From the NCBI GenBank assembly GCA_043822105.1, contig JBDRCD010000009.1, positions 67,098-131,097 on the forward strand: a stretch of DNA of 64,000 nucleotides. The letters run 5' to 3'. A program made the translations under genes and the position numbers. The DNA comes from an archaeon. GTDB lineage: Archaea; Nanobdellota; Nanobdellia; Woesearchaeales; GCA-2686295. This document shows, in pieces, positions 30,848 through 40,039 of this stretch (positions are counted from its first letter, which is position 1; the number at the start of each line of letters is the position of its first letter). A model generated the notes under the pieces. The model saw nothing but the letters and a program-made list of their open reading frames with translations, was not told the DNA's origin and ran no database searches.

Positions 30848-31836
30848 GAAGACATTTTCTTTAGATATTGGTGAAGTTTAACTTTGACTTTTTCTTTCAT
30901 CTCAGAGTTCAAAGAAAGCTTATTTACTTCGCTATCCCAGTCTATCTTAGGTAGCTTTGTGAGTGTGCCTGTAAATTCTCTACCACTAAGTTTTGCCTGT
31001 TTTTCAATCTGCTTTGCTTTCTCTTTTCCAAACTGTCTGACAATCGGAAACTTTGAGATAGAATTAGTCCCTGCGTTGAGAAGTAAAGAAACTCTATCAA
31101 TTTTATCGGTCCAGATTCCTATCTGCATGTCAATCTTGGGAAATGCAATTCTCGTCTTTGCAACATACCATGCATGATATTCTTTTGTAGGACTTGATTT
31201 TTTCTCAAAGACTGTTCCTTTGATGGGATTTAAGGCATAAATATGAATCTTTGAAATTTTGTATTCGTTGATAAACTTCTTCAATGTTTCAAAATCGTCT
31301 TTTGTCTCTCCAATTCCCAGAATTAAAGTCATGGCAGTCTTTATGCCAAGAGCATTTGCCTGTTTGAACATTCTGGTGTAGGGCTTCAGAGGTTTTGAAG
31401 GACAAACTATCCTGTGCAACTTTTCATTGACAGTTTCTATTGATCCGACAACTCCTTCAATGTATGGTTGGTATATTTTAAGATGGTTTTCAGGAATTGC
31501 TCCAAGACTTATCCATACTTTTTCTCCTGTTATTTCTTTTATAACTTTTATTATTTCAAGTAAATCTTCATGTTTATAGGCGTTTATTCCACCTGTAAAA
31601 AATCCTATTTTCCATCCTAGTACTTTACACAAAATAGTCTCAGCATATAATGATTCTTTTGATCTGATTGCTTTGTCATCATCATTCTGATTCTTCTTTT
31701 CTTGGGTGCTCATATAGCAAAATGTGCAGTCTTTTATTGAGCATGACCAGCTGAAAAACAAAGCTCTTTCAAACCAAGTTGTATTTGGAAAATTAGCTTT
31801 GAAAACATTATTTGCTTCTTTAATAAGTTTGTTCAT
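30844..31836 (-). CDS. radical-SAM-like protein (BioB/HydE-like fold) with atypical CX4CX2C cluster motif
   Basis: CSIKDCTFC near the N-terminus; downstream GG motif (FFTGG); BioB-like ILGIGETKDD...IHIYALNPIKGT region. Confidence 0.45.
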   Translation of the reverse strand: MNKLIKEANNVFKANFPNTTWFERALFFSWSCSIKDCTFCYMSTQEKKNQNDDDKAIRSKESLYAETILCKVLGWKIGFFTGGINAYKHEDLLEIIKVIKEITGEKVWISLGAIPENHLKIYQPYIEGVVGSIETVNEKLHRIVCPSKPLKPYTRMFKQANALGIKTAMTLILGIGETKDDFETLKKFINEYKISKIHIYALNPIKGTVFEKKSSPTKEYHAWYVAKTRIAFPKIDMQIGIWTDKIDRVSLLLNAGTNSISKFPIVRQFGKEKAKQIEKQAKLSGREFTGTLTKLPKIDWDSEVNKLSLNSEMKEKVKVKLHQYLKKMSS

Positions 31837-31873
31837 AGGTTTTTAGAAAAATTCTTGGTTTAAAAAACTATTC

Positions 31874-33667
31874 CTACTCTATTTTTTTAGTGAGTTCCAA
31901 AAACATTGCTGTGCTCCATGCCTGGGATAAACATCCTTCTGAACGTTGTTCTTTTGCAGAGCTTAGTTCTGAGCAGTGGCCTATAAATCCAGAATACATC
32001 ATCTCTTTTTCACTTGAATGATATATTTTTTCTATGAAATGCCAATATTTCTTTTTATTGACATCAGCCAGACATATCGCTGCTAAATTATTTATCCAGA
32101 ACCAACTGTCTCCATGATGATAGCTTAGATTGTTTTCGCCTGTGTATTCCGGTTGATATAGAGGACTGCTTTGTTCTATGGTTGATAATCCACCCCATTC
32201 AAGCCAGAGACCTCTCAGGGCTTTGTTGAATACGAAAGTCCATTCATATTTTGTCAAAAGCTCAGGATAGGCATAGTACGCAATAAACACGTTGGGTCTG
32301 ATTGTTCTGTCGCCCAGTTTATCCAAAAGAGCTCCATTTTTGTAAAAATTCTCTTTTATTTTCTTTACAAACATTTTTTCCAGTTTAGCAAATCCGTAGT
32401 AGGGCAGTTTCAAATGTTTACACAAAAATTTCATAAGCTTAAAGTATGACAGAAACAATGCTTGTATTTCTATGCATGCTCCTTCCCTTCCATCGCCACC
32501 CTTAACCTCTGTATCCATCCAGGTTTCTTTTGCTTCATTGTGAATTATGTAGTACTCTATGAATCGAACCATGTGTTCTTCAATGCTGAAATGCAGTTTG
32601 TGTTTTATGGCCGATAGTTCTTCCTGTGAAAAATAACTGTCCAGAAGTTTTTTGTCTTCAAGTATTGTCAGAAAGTCATGGAATCTTTTGAAAAGCCAAC
32701 CAATGGAATCTGCGCTGTTTAGTTCTGATGATGGAAGCCTGTTTGGCAGTCTTCCTGTATCGTCCATCGCATCTAAATAGTTCATGAGTCTTGTTTTCAC
32801 AAAGTTAAATCTTTCTTCCATCATGAATGCTTTCAGAGATATTAGTTCATCTCTTGACCAGAACTGATGGAACCAGGGAAGTCCTGCGAAAACACCTGTT
32901 ATTTTGTTGTTTCCTTTTCCAACGGTGGTTCTGAGACTGTCAAGTGAATAGGATGCTATGTTTGATGAAAATCTTTTGTGTTTGCAAATATTATTTTTTC
33001 TTATCTCAAGAGTTTTTTTCAGAATACTTTCATTCAGAAAACATGATTTTGCATTGTCAACTGCTTCTTTTTCGCTTTCGGAGAAAGAAAAGCATAGCTG
33101 TAATTTTGATTTGCATCTTATTCTCAATGCTTTGTAGATGTAGAACTCATTCTTTGTGTTTCTTTTTTTGTCAAATGAATAATTTTCTTTCTCCCACACT
33201 CCAACTTCTTCATAATCCTGAACTCCTTTTATTGCTATGAATTTATTGTGCTTTTCATAATTAATAACTATCATATCGCCTTTCTTTTTCATTGAATATT
33301 TTCTGTCTTTATCGTCGTAGTCAAATATTCCTCTGAAATCAAGGTCGATGTTTACATTGCCGAAAAAATTTCTTACTTCATATATCAATCCGGTTGAGGT
33401 GAGCCAGAAGCTTTCTTCGGATTCGTTGTATCTTCTTGTGATGTGATTAAAATTGTTTTCAATTTCCGTAATTTCTTTGTCAAGATAAATATTATTTATG
33501 GATTTGTACATATTCCAGTTTTTGTCCAGATGAAACAATCCCTGCATGTGGGTTATATTGCTGGAGCTACCTAAAGAAAAATATGTTCCAGCCTTATCTG
33601 TGAGAAGAAAACTTCCCTCACCCTCTTTTTTTTCGGCTTTGTCTCCAAGTCTATGGATTACTTTCAT
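31874..33667 (-). CDS. glycogen-debranching-enzyme-like (GDE_C / six-hairpin amylo-alpha-1,6-glucosidase family)
   Basis: C-terminal half with GREGACIEIQALF, HHGDSWFWINNLAAI and EQRSEGCLSQAWSTAMFLEL, typical of the (alpha/alpha)6 GDE_C domain. Confidence 0.55.
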   Translation of the reverse strand: MKVIHRLGDKAEKKEGEGSFLLTDKAGTYFSLGSSSNITHMQGLFHLDKNWNMYKSINNIYLDKEITEIENNFNHITRRYNESEESFWLTSTGLIYEVRNFFGNVNIDLDFRGIFDYDDKDRKYSMKKKGDMIVINYEKHNKFIAIKGVQDYEEVGVWEKENYSFDKKRNTKNEFYIYKALRIRCKSKLQLCFSFSESEKEAVDNAKSCFLNESILKKTLEIRKNNICKHKRFSSNIASYSLDSLRTTVGKGNNKITGVFAGLPWFHQFWSRDELISLKAFMMEERFNFVKTRLMNYLDAMDDTGRLPNRLPSSELNSADSIGWLFKRFHDFLTILEDKKLLDSYFSQEELSAIKHKLHFSIEEHMVRFIEYYIIHNEAKETWMDTEVKGGDGREGACIEIQALFLSYFKLMKFLCKHLKLPYYGFAKLEKMFVKKIKENFYKNGALLDKLGDRTIRPNVFIAYYAYPELLTKYEWTFVFNKALRGLWLEWGGLSTIEQSSPLYQPEYTGENNLSYHHGDSWFWINNLAAICLADVNKKKYWHFIEKIYHSSEKEMMYSGFIGHCSELSSAKEQRSEGCLSQAWSTAMFLELTKKIE

Positions 33668-34652
33668 CCTTGCCGTAAATTATTTGTGAATCTTCGCCGA
33701 CGTTGAGTTGTTTGTAAACACCACGTACATAGGCATAATCTCCAATAAGTGATTCTTTTATTTGAGCATCAACAACCTTTGCGCCCTCACCCACAATACT
33801 ATTCTTAATTACTGAGTTTTTAATTTTTGCGTTTTTTGCGATTGACACATATGGTCCGACGATTGAATTTTCTATTTCTGCGCCTTCTTCAATGAAAACA
33901 GGTTTTATCACCATGCTGTTTTTCAAACCTTTGAATTTCTTTTGTCGCATTCTTTTAAGCATGAATCTATTGGTTGCAAGAAGTGTTTCAGGTTTTCCGC
34001 AGTCCTCCCAAAAAGTAACTTTCTCAGCCTTTAATTTAGCTCCTCTTTCAATCATTATGTTAAAAGCATCCACGAGGTAGAACTCTCCTTTTAGTTGCAT
34101 GTCGTGTTCTATTAAATGATCAATGGCACTGAACATGGCCTTGCTGTCTTTTATGTAGAAAAGTCCTATGTTTGCAAGATTTGAAGGAGGATTCTTTGGT
34201 TTTTCAACTATCTTTTCAATGAATCCGTTCTTGTCCGGAAATACAATTCCAAATCTTTCAGGATCATCATGTTCTTTGACATATATAACTCCGTCACTCT
34301 TTGTCTTTTTTAGTTTCTTTATGTCTGGATCGCTTAAAGTATCAACAAACCAAATTATGACATCCTCTTTTATGTGCTCCTCTGCTAATTTGATTGCATG
34401 AGCCTGTCCCTTTAGTTCTTTTTGAACAACAAACTTTGTTTTGAAATGATAGTTTTTAGAAACATAATCTTTTATCTGATCTCCCAAGTATCCAATTATG
34501 AATACTACTTCAGAAACCTTTAGTTTTTCAAGTTCGTCCAGAATATGTGCCAAAACAGGTTTTCCGGCAACATGAACCAGAGGTTTAGCTCTAGTATGAG
34601 TAAGAGGTCTTAGTCTAGTGCCTTTTCCAGCCATTGGAATTATTACTTGCAT
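33651..34652 (-). CDS. sugar-1-phosphate nucleotidylyltransferase with C-terminal left-handed beta-helix
   Basis: N-terminal IIPMAGKGTRLRPLTHTRAKPLV (GxGTRLxPxT); C-terminal hexapeptide repeats. Confidence 0.7.
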   Translation of the reverse strand: MQVIIPMAGKGTRLRPLTHTRAKPLVHVAGKPVLAHILDELEKLKVSEVVFIIGYLGDQIKDYVSKNYHFKTKFVVQKELKGQAHAIKLAEEHIKEDVIIWFVDTLSDPDIKKLKKTKSDGVIYVKEHDDPERFGIVFPDKNGFIEKIVEKPKNPPSNLANIGLFYIKDSKAMFSAIDHLIEHDMQLKGEFYLVDAFNIMIERGAKLKAEKVTFWEDCGKPETLLATNRFMLKRMRQKKFKGLKNSMVIKPVFIEEGAEIENSIVGPYVSIAKNAKIKNSVIKNSIVGEGAKVVDAQIKESLIGDYAYVRGVYKQLNVGEDSQIIYGKDESNP

Positions 34653-34693
34653 TGTCGATGGAAAGGAAGATTTGTTTATAAAATTATGTAATA

Positions 34694-35479
34694 TCAGGAA
34701 ATTTTTAGGCTCATTATTTTATGAGCGAGTTTTGCGAGTGAGTATGCCTCTGCTTCAAAATTTTCGTTTGGAGCGAACTCCACTATGTCGGAACCAATGA
34801 CTTCTTTTTCTTTGAAAATAGTTTTTAGAATTTCAATTACTTGGTCCCACATGAATCCACCAGGTTCTGGAGTTCCAGTGTTTCTGATAAATGAAGGATC
34901 AAAAACATCAACGTCAATTGAAACGTAGACTTTATTTTTTAGTTTTGATAGTTCTTTTTTGAAAGTATTTTCATTGAAGTCATAGGCTTTTATCATTTCA
35001 ACGTTTTCATTGTTTTTGATAACACTTACTTCATCAACATCCATTGATCTTACGCCAACAAGAAGTGTTTTATGATTGGCTGAAATCCTCTGTGCAGTGC
35101 AACGATGATTTGTTTGCGAACCATTCCAGGAATTAAACATATCTGGGTGAGCGTCAAGAATAATAACTGAGAAATCATCATGATATTTTTCCAGTTCTTT
35201 GACAACTTGGATGGTTACAGAGTGATCTCCGCCCAGAGTAATTGTGAAATTGTTCGTTATTTCTTCAACCGATTCTATTGTTTTTATTCCTTTCAAGAAA
35301 GGCTCGGCATCAAACTGTTCATCGTAGTATTCCAGATGATGCGAAGCTTTGATAATTTCTTTTGGTCCTTTTGAAGCTCCTTTACCATAGGTTAAATTTT
35401 TTTCATACTCAATTGGTAAAACTGAAAAGAAAGAATTATCTTTAGAGTACTCGTCCGCCAGGTTCATAAATTTTATCAT
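34694..35479 (-). CDS. speB: agmatinase / arginase-family ureohydrolase
   Basis: GGDHSVT, DAHPD and SIDVDVFDP Mn-binding motifs. Confidence 0.7.
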   Translation of the reverse strand: MIKFMNLADEYSKDNSFFSVLPIEYEKNLTYGKGASKGPKEIIKASHHLEYYDEQFDAEPFLKGIKTIESVEEITNNFTITLGGDHSVTIQVVKELEKYHDDFSVIILDAHPDMFNSWNGSQTNHRCTAQRISANHKTLLVGVRSMDVDEVSVIKNNENVEMIKAYDFNENTFKKELSKLKNKVYVSIDVDVFDPSFIRNTGTPEPGGFMWDQVIEILKTIFKEKEVIGSDIVEFAPNENFEAEAYSLAKLAHKIMSLKIS

Positions 35480-36510
35480 TCTAATACCTCTGTAAACATT
35501 TTTTCTAAATCGCAGAAATCTGAAGCGAAGTTATAGGCACCCGCATTTAGGAAAACTAATTCATCACCAACTTTAGGTTCTTTAAGATAAACTCTGTAAC
35601 GAAATAAATCCATTGAACAGGGAGTTACCCCTTTGATAACGTAGGGTTTTCCTTTTCCTTTTTCAAGTTCTCCTTGAATCAATAGTTTGACAGGAACGAC
35701 GAGAGCATCCATGTCGCTGTTGTAGACAGATGCATTGACAATAATGTTGTGGTCATAGATACCAATTATTTCTGTTACAAGTTTGCAGCTTGATGCTGCA
35801 ATGAATCTTCCCGGTTCGATTATTAATTTGATATTGTTTTGATTTAACCATTGTTTTAGTTTGTTTACTTTTTTAAAGATAGAATTCATGACATTGACAT
35901 TTGTATTGGCATATTCAGAAGGAAGACCTCCTCCGATGTTGACAACGTCTATTGCTTTTAGAACATCTTCTTCCAATATTTCAGAAAGCTCTTGCTTCAG
36001 ATTCCACTCGCTCATGTTTTGGGTTTTTCTGTGAAAATGAACTCCCAATGTTCTGATGTTTTTGTTTTTTCTTAATTCTTTTATTTTTTTATTGACTATG
36101 TCTGAGGGCATTCCGAAAACAAAGTATTTTTCTGTTCTAATTGATAATTCTTTCAATTTTAGTCTTAATAACAAATTTATTTTTACGTTGTTGCTTTTTA
36201 GAAAGTTCTCCAGAATGTCAAGGTCTGGCTTGTTGTCAACGACAAAATAGTTTATTCCTTTGTCAACAAGCTTTTTGATGTAATTGTTTGTCCAACCCTG
36301 CGCCAGAAATATAACTCTTGAAAAATCTTTTATGTGTTTGAGTTCGTTTTCTAAATGCACACTAAACAGACAGTCTGTTTTTTCTTCAAGAATTTTTGTG
36401 ACCAATTGGTTCGTCTTTGAACTGTATGAAACAGTGTCTGCAAGAACTTTGACTTTTTTGTATTGTTCCATAACTTTGCTTTTTGAAAGTATAAACATAG
36501 GTTTGTTCAT
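35476..36510 (-). CDS. PLP-dependent decarboxylase, fold III (Orn/DAP/Arg decarboxylase family), probably arginine decarboxylase
   Basis: YSSKTN (Lys in AVKAN-like position); EPGRFIAASS; Gly-rich PLP motif NIGGGLP. Confidence 0.55.
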   Translation of the reverse strand: MNKPMFILSKSKVMEQYKKVKVLADTVSYSSKTNQLVTKILEEKTDCLFSVHLENELKHIKDFSRVIFLAQGWTNNYIKKLVDKGINYFVVDNKPDLDILENFLKSNNVKINLLLRLKLKELSIRTEKYFVFGMPSDIVNKKIKELRKNKNIRTLGVHFHRKTQNMSEWNLKQELSEILEEDVLKAIDVVNIGGGLPSEYANTNVNVMNSIFKKVNKLKQWLNQNNIKLIIEPGRFIAASSCKLVTEIIGIYDHNIIVNASVYNSDMDALVVPVKLLIQGELEKGKGKPYVIKGVTPCSMDLFRYRVYLKEPKVGDELVFLNAGAYNFASDFCDLEKMFTEVLE

Positions 36511-37445
36511 TTTAAAAGTCCCTCGCTTTCTAGAGTTTCCAATGCTTTTATCATGCAGAGAGGAAACATAATTGTTACATCTCCATTGACTGTTGCAACA
36601 TCACTGTCATCTTTAACTTTACCCCAGGACTTTGCTTCATCGGTTGTGGCTCCTGACATGCTTCCACTGGTTTTATGGGCTGTGGTGATGTAAACAGCGT
36701 ACTCAGCGCCACCATTGAGAAGAGTTGATAGTATTGCATGGTGTTTTGAGACTCCGCCACCAAGAGCGATTACTCCTTTTTTCTCATCATGACTAGTTGT
36801 GAAAAGAATGTTTCCAAAATCCTTTACAACGTCAACGATGAAATCAGAGTGTTTTTGCTGAAATAAGTATAGATGGAATCCGAATGCACCATCTGTTATT
36901 GCAGGGCAGAATATTGGAATGTCATGTTTTGCTGCCTGATAAAGTATGGAATTTTTATCTTTCAATTGTAAGCCTATTTCTTTTAACATTTCAGAGACAG
37001 ACCATCTTTTTTGTTTTTCATAGAGCTTTTTTAAAATTGGATTTATCCAGTCTTCGAAGTTCATATAACTCTCATTTTTGACAAATATGTTTCCGACTCT
37101 GTTGATACCCTGTTCATGAAGCTCAACATCATCGCTGTCAAACTTTCCGATGAGAAACCTTTCTCCGGTTGCTTTCATGATGTCTTCTTCAATTCCACCA
37201 ACAGTTGTAACGAGAACGTCTGCCATTCCAAGACTCACAATTTGGGCAAAGAATCCTCTCAAACCAGAAGTGACCATGTTTGAAGTGTACGTCAGAAATA
37301 TCTTTGCAGAGTTCTTCTTCATCTTTACAATGACGTCAGATGCTCTCTTTAGTTCAATGCTTTGATAACCAATGCTGCCAAGACTTTCAACAAAATCCTG
37401 GACCTTTATTCCTTTTTTCCATTTAAAATCAGATACATATTTCAT
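36507..37445 (-). CDS. dys: deoxyhypusine synthase
   Basis: TTVGGIEEDIMK and GGGVSKHH motifs; 312 aa. Confidence 0.7.
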   Translation of the reverse strand: MKYVSDFKWKKGIKVQDFVESLGSIGYQSIELKRASDVIVKMKKNSAKIFLTYTSNMVTSGLRGFFAQIVSLGMADVLVTTVGGIEEDIMKATGERFLIGKFDSDDVELHEQGINRVGNIFVKNESYMNFEDWINPILKKLYEKQKRWSVSEMLKEIGLQLKDKNSILYQAAKHDIPIFCPAITDGAFGFHLYLFQQKHSDFIVDVVKDFGNILFTTSHDEKKGVIALGGGVSKHHAILSTLLNGGAEYAVYITTAHKTSGSMSGATTDEAKSWGKVKDDSDVATVNGDVTIMFPLCMIKALETLESEGLLK

Positions 37446-37563
37446 ATAGATTCACCTACAATGATTAGAATATATTAGTCTAAGAACTAGCCTTGATGTA
37501 GTTAAACATTGAACTAGGCGTTAAAATCATAAAAAAAGGTGAGAAGGGAGTGTTTAAAAATGT

Positions 37564-38517
37564 TTAGTTGCCAACAAACTTAGAATACAGACTCTTTGCT
37601 TCTGCTTCGCTATTTGCTTTTACAAGTGTCCTGCCATCTTTGAAAACCGTGATGTTGTGAAATGTTATGAAACTAGTGTCACCTTTAACTTCCATTGTTT
37701 TTTCAACTTTTTGTCTAATGTCTTTCAAGTTAACTTCTTTTCCTTTAATCTGGTAGGTGTTGCTTCCACACATCTTCAAAGTCTTTGAAATCTTATCACC
37801 ATCCAGGTATTCATATATTCCCTGACATGCAACACAGGATTTTCTTTTGTGGACTTTTATTTTGTCACATTTGTTGTCCCAGACATCGATTCTTATCATT
37901 GACTGCTCAACGACGTTTCCGAGAAGCATTTTTACTGCGTTGCTGACTTGAAACGACGCTATTGCAGTTGTTGTGGACGCCAGAATTCCTGCTGTTTCAC
38001 AGCTGTCTAGTCCTGCAGGATGCTTAAATATGCATCTGAAGCAAGGTCCCCAGGGTATGAAAACCATCATTGTTCCCTGATGTTTTATGCCTGCAGAATA
38101 AATCCATGGTTTGTGTGTTTTAACGCAATAATCGTTTATCAAAAGTCTTGTTTCAAAGTTGTCTGTGCAGTCAAGAATCAGATCAGAGCCATTGAGTATT
38201 TTCTTAATGTTGCCAGGGTTTAAATCCTCTGTATAACTATTTATTTTCACAGCAGAGTTTAATTTTTTTAATTCTCGCTCTGCAATGATTGCTTTTGGTT
38301 TTCCAATGTCTGTTTCGTTGTAAAGCAATTGTCTTTGAAGGTTATCCAGTTCAACTATATCTCTGTCTACAATTATTACTTTTCCAACGCCTGCTCTTAC
38401 AATGAGCTGTGAACTAACGCTGCCTGTTGCTCCGACGCCGACTATGGCGACTGTTTTCTCAGATAGTTTTTTCTGTCCTTCTTTTCCTATAAGGATTTCC
38501 TGTCTAGAATATCTCAT
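37564..38517 (-). CDS. E1-like ubiquitin-like-activating enzyme (ThiF/MoeB/UbaA family) with ~90 aa C-terminal extension
   Basis: IVGVGATGS Rossmann motif; two CxxC pairs (GPCFRC, KSCVAC); catalytic-Cys region; extra C-terminal domain. Confidence 0.65.
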   Translation of the reverse strand: MRYSRQEILIGKEGQKKLSEKTVAIVGVGATGSVSSQLIVRAGVGKVIIVDRDIVELDNLQRQLLYNETDIGKPKAIIAERELKKLNSAVKINSYTEDLNPGNIKKILNGSDLILDCTDNFETRLLINDYCVKTHKPWIYSAGIKHQGTMMVFIPWGPCFRCIFKHPAGLDSCETAGILASTTTAIASFQVSNAVKMLLGNVVEQSMIRIDVWDNKCDKIKVHKRKSCVACQGIYEYLDGDKISKTLKMCGSNTYQIKGKEVNLKDIRQKVEKTMEVKGDTSFITFHNITVFKDGRTLVKANSEAEAKSLYSKFVGN

Positions 38518-38562
38518 TTTTTCCTAATCACCAAATAGTATTCTTCGTGATTTGAAAAAGCT

Positions 38563-39231
38563 TTACTTTTTCTTAACAACAAACAATGCGTGGTCTTTTT
38601 CGTATGGGTCAAGTGTTCTGTAATCAACGACAACCACTGTAGGATGCTTTTCTAACGTTGCTCTGACTTCTTTGAAAACATCATTTGGTTTTCTAGTAAC
38701 ATCAACGCTTCTGGCTTTTAATGCGAGAAGTCCAAAACCATCTTTTTTCAGATATGCATCGCAATTTTTCAAGAAAATCTGAACCTGGTTCTTTTGTGCA
38801 ATGTCTTGATATACAATGTCACTTTCGAGAACCAAATCCTTGTATTCTTCAGGATGATTGCAGTCTCCAAGAATCGGAGCCATGTTTTCTCTTTCTTCGC
38901 AAAGTATAACGAGATCCCTTACGACTTCCGGTGCAAAGTCTATTGCAAATACAAAGCCTTTCTTGCCGACGATGTCTGAGACGAATGAAGATGTGTAACC
39001 GTGAGATGCTCCAAGGTATAGTACAAGATCTCCTTCCTTAAAACCAATCTGAGAGATGCCCTTTAGAAGTCCTGCGGCCAGTTTGCTTCTCTTTGGATCC
39101 CATTCTCTGTAGTAGACTCCATCTTCAATAACAATTCTTTCTTCAAAGAAACTATTTTTGTCAATGCTTCTTGTAAATAGCTTCTTTCTGTCGAAGTGTA
39201 TGTTTGGAAATCTTTTTTCGAAGAGTTTCAT
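38563..39231 (-). CDS. flpA: fibrillarin-like rRNA/tRNA 2'-O-methyltransferase
   Basis: VLYLGASHGYTSSFVSDIVG and FAIDFAP motifs. Confidence 0.8.
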   Translation of the reverse strand: MKLFEKRFPNIHFDRKKLFTRSIDKNSFFEERIVIEDGVYYREWDPKRSKLAAGLLKGISQIGFKEGDLVLYLGASHGYTSSFVSDIVGKKGFVFAIDFAPEVVRDLVILCEERENMAPILGDCNHPEEYKDLVLESDIVYQDIAQKNQVQIFLKNCDAYLKKDGFGLLALKARSVDVTRKPNDVFKEVRATLEKHPTVVVVDYRTLDPYEKDHALFVVKKK

Positions 39232-39962
39232 CTTAACTTCTCCTCCAGTTCCTTTCTTAATTTGTCGCCTATGAATTCTCCTTTGAAATAATCGACTTTT
39301 GCAGCTATGCTTAGTTTATCTGCAAACATTCTTGCTGCTTTTCCTCTGTTAAGCTTCTTTGCGCCTGAAACAAGTGAGTTTTGTAGTATTATTCCGTGCT
39401 TTGGCGGTCTTGAGCCAGTCTTTAAATGTCTGAACAATGCTTTTTCTGCTCCTAGAAGCTGCACTGTTGATGCTGGAATCATTGCAAGTCTTTTTAGTGA
39501 TCCTGCTTCTTTTATCAGCTTTCCAACAAGTAGTGATCCTCCCACAGCATCCATGTTTTTGCAATACTTTTTAGTAATGGTTTCCAGATATTCTTTCAGT
39601 TCTTCCATTAACTTGTATATTGATTCAATTCGAAGAGCAAGAGCAAACATAGGAGTAAGATCTTTTTCACTCAAATCCTTTCCCATGGATTCTTTTATCT
39701 GAAGTTCTTTCATCAGTTCTTTTCTGTTATTTTTTAGGAACAGTTTGATAAATCCTTCATTATCAGAAACTTTTTTTGACATCTCAGGCAGATATAAAGC
39801 AGTCCAACCCCTGAGCCTTTTTGTAAGAACACTTGATACTTTCACAAGTTCTTCTATATTATTGACAGTATGGATAATAAAATTGTCTTCTGAAATTGAT
39901 TCCTGAACCTTTTTTCTCGTGAATAAAAGGCTCTTTTCACGTAATTTTTTAAGGTCTTTCAT
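39228..39962 (-). CDS. nop5: Nop5/Nop56 C/D box snoRNP protein (short form)
   Basis: NOSIC/Nop domain GAEKALFRHLKTGSRPPKHGIILQ...GKAARMFADKLSIAAKVD; overlaps the flpA start. Confidence 0.75.
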   Translation of the reverse strand: MKDLKKLREKSLLFTRKKVQESISEDNFIIHTVNNIEELVKVSSVLTKRLRGWTALYLPEMSKKVSDNEGFIKLFLKNNRKELMKELQIKESMGKDLSEKDLTPMFALALRIESIYKLMEELKEYLETITKKYCKNMDAVGGSLLVGKLIKEAGSLKRLAMIPASTVQLLGAEKALFRHLKTGSRPPKHGIILQNSLVSGAKKLNRGKAARMFADKLSIAAKVDYFKGEFIGDKLRKELEEKLR

Positions 39963-40039
39963 GATTCCAGGTATAATAGATACATATTTAAAGCTTTATA
40001 GTGGATAGTTTTATAAATATTATTTTGTTTTAGTAGCAT

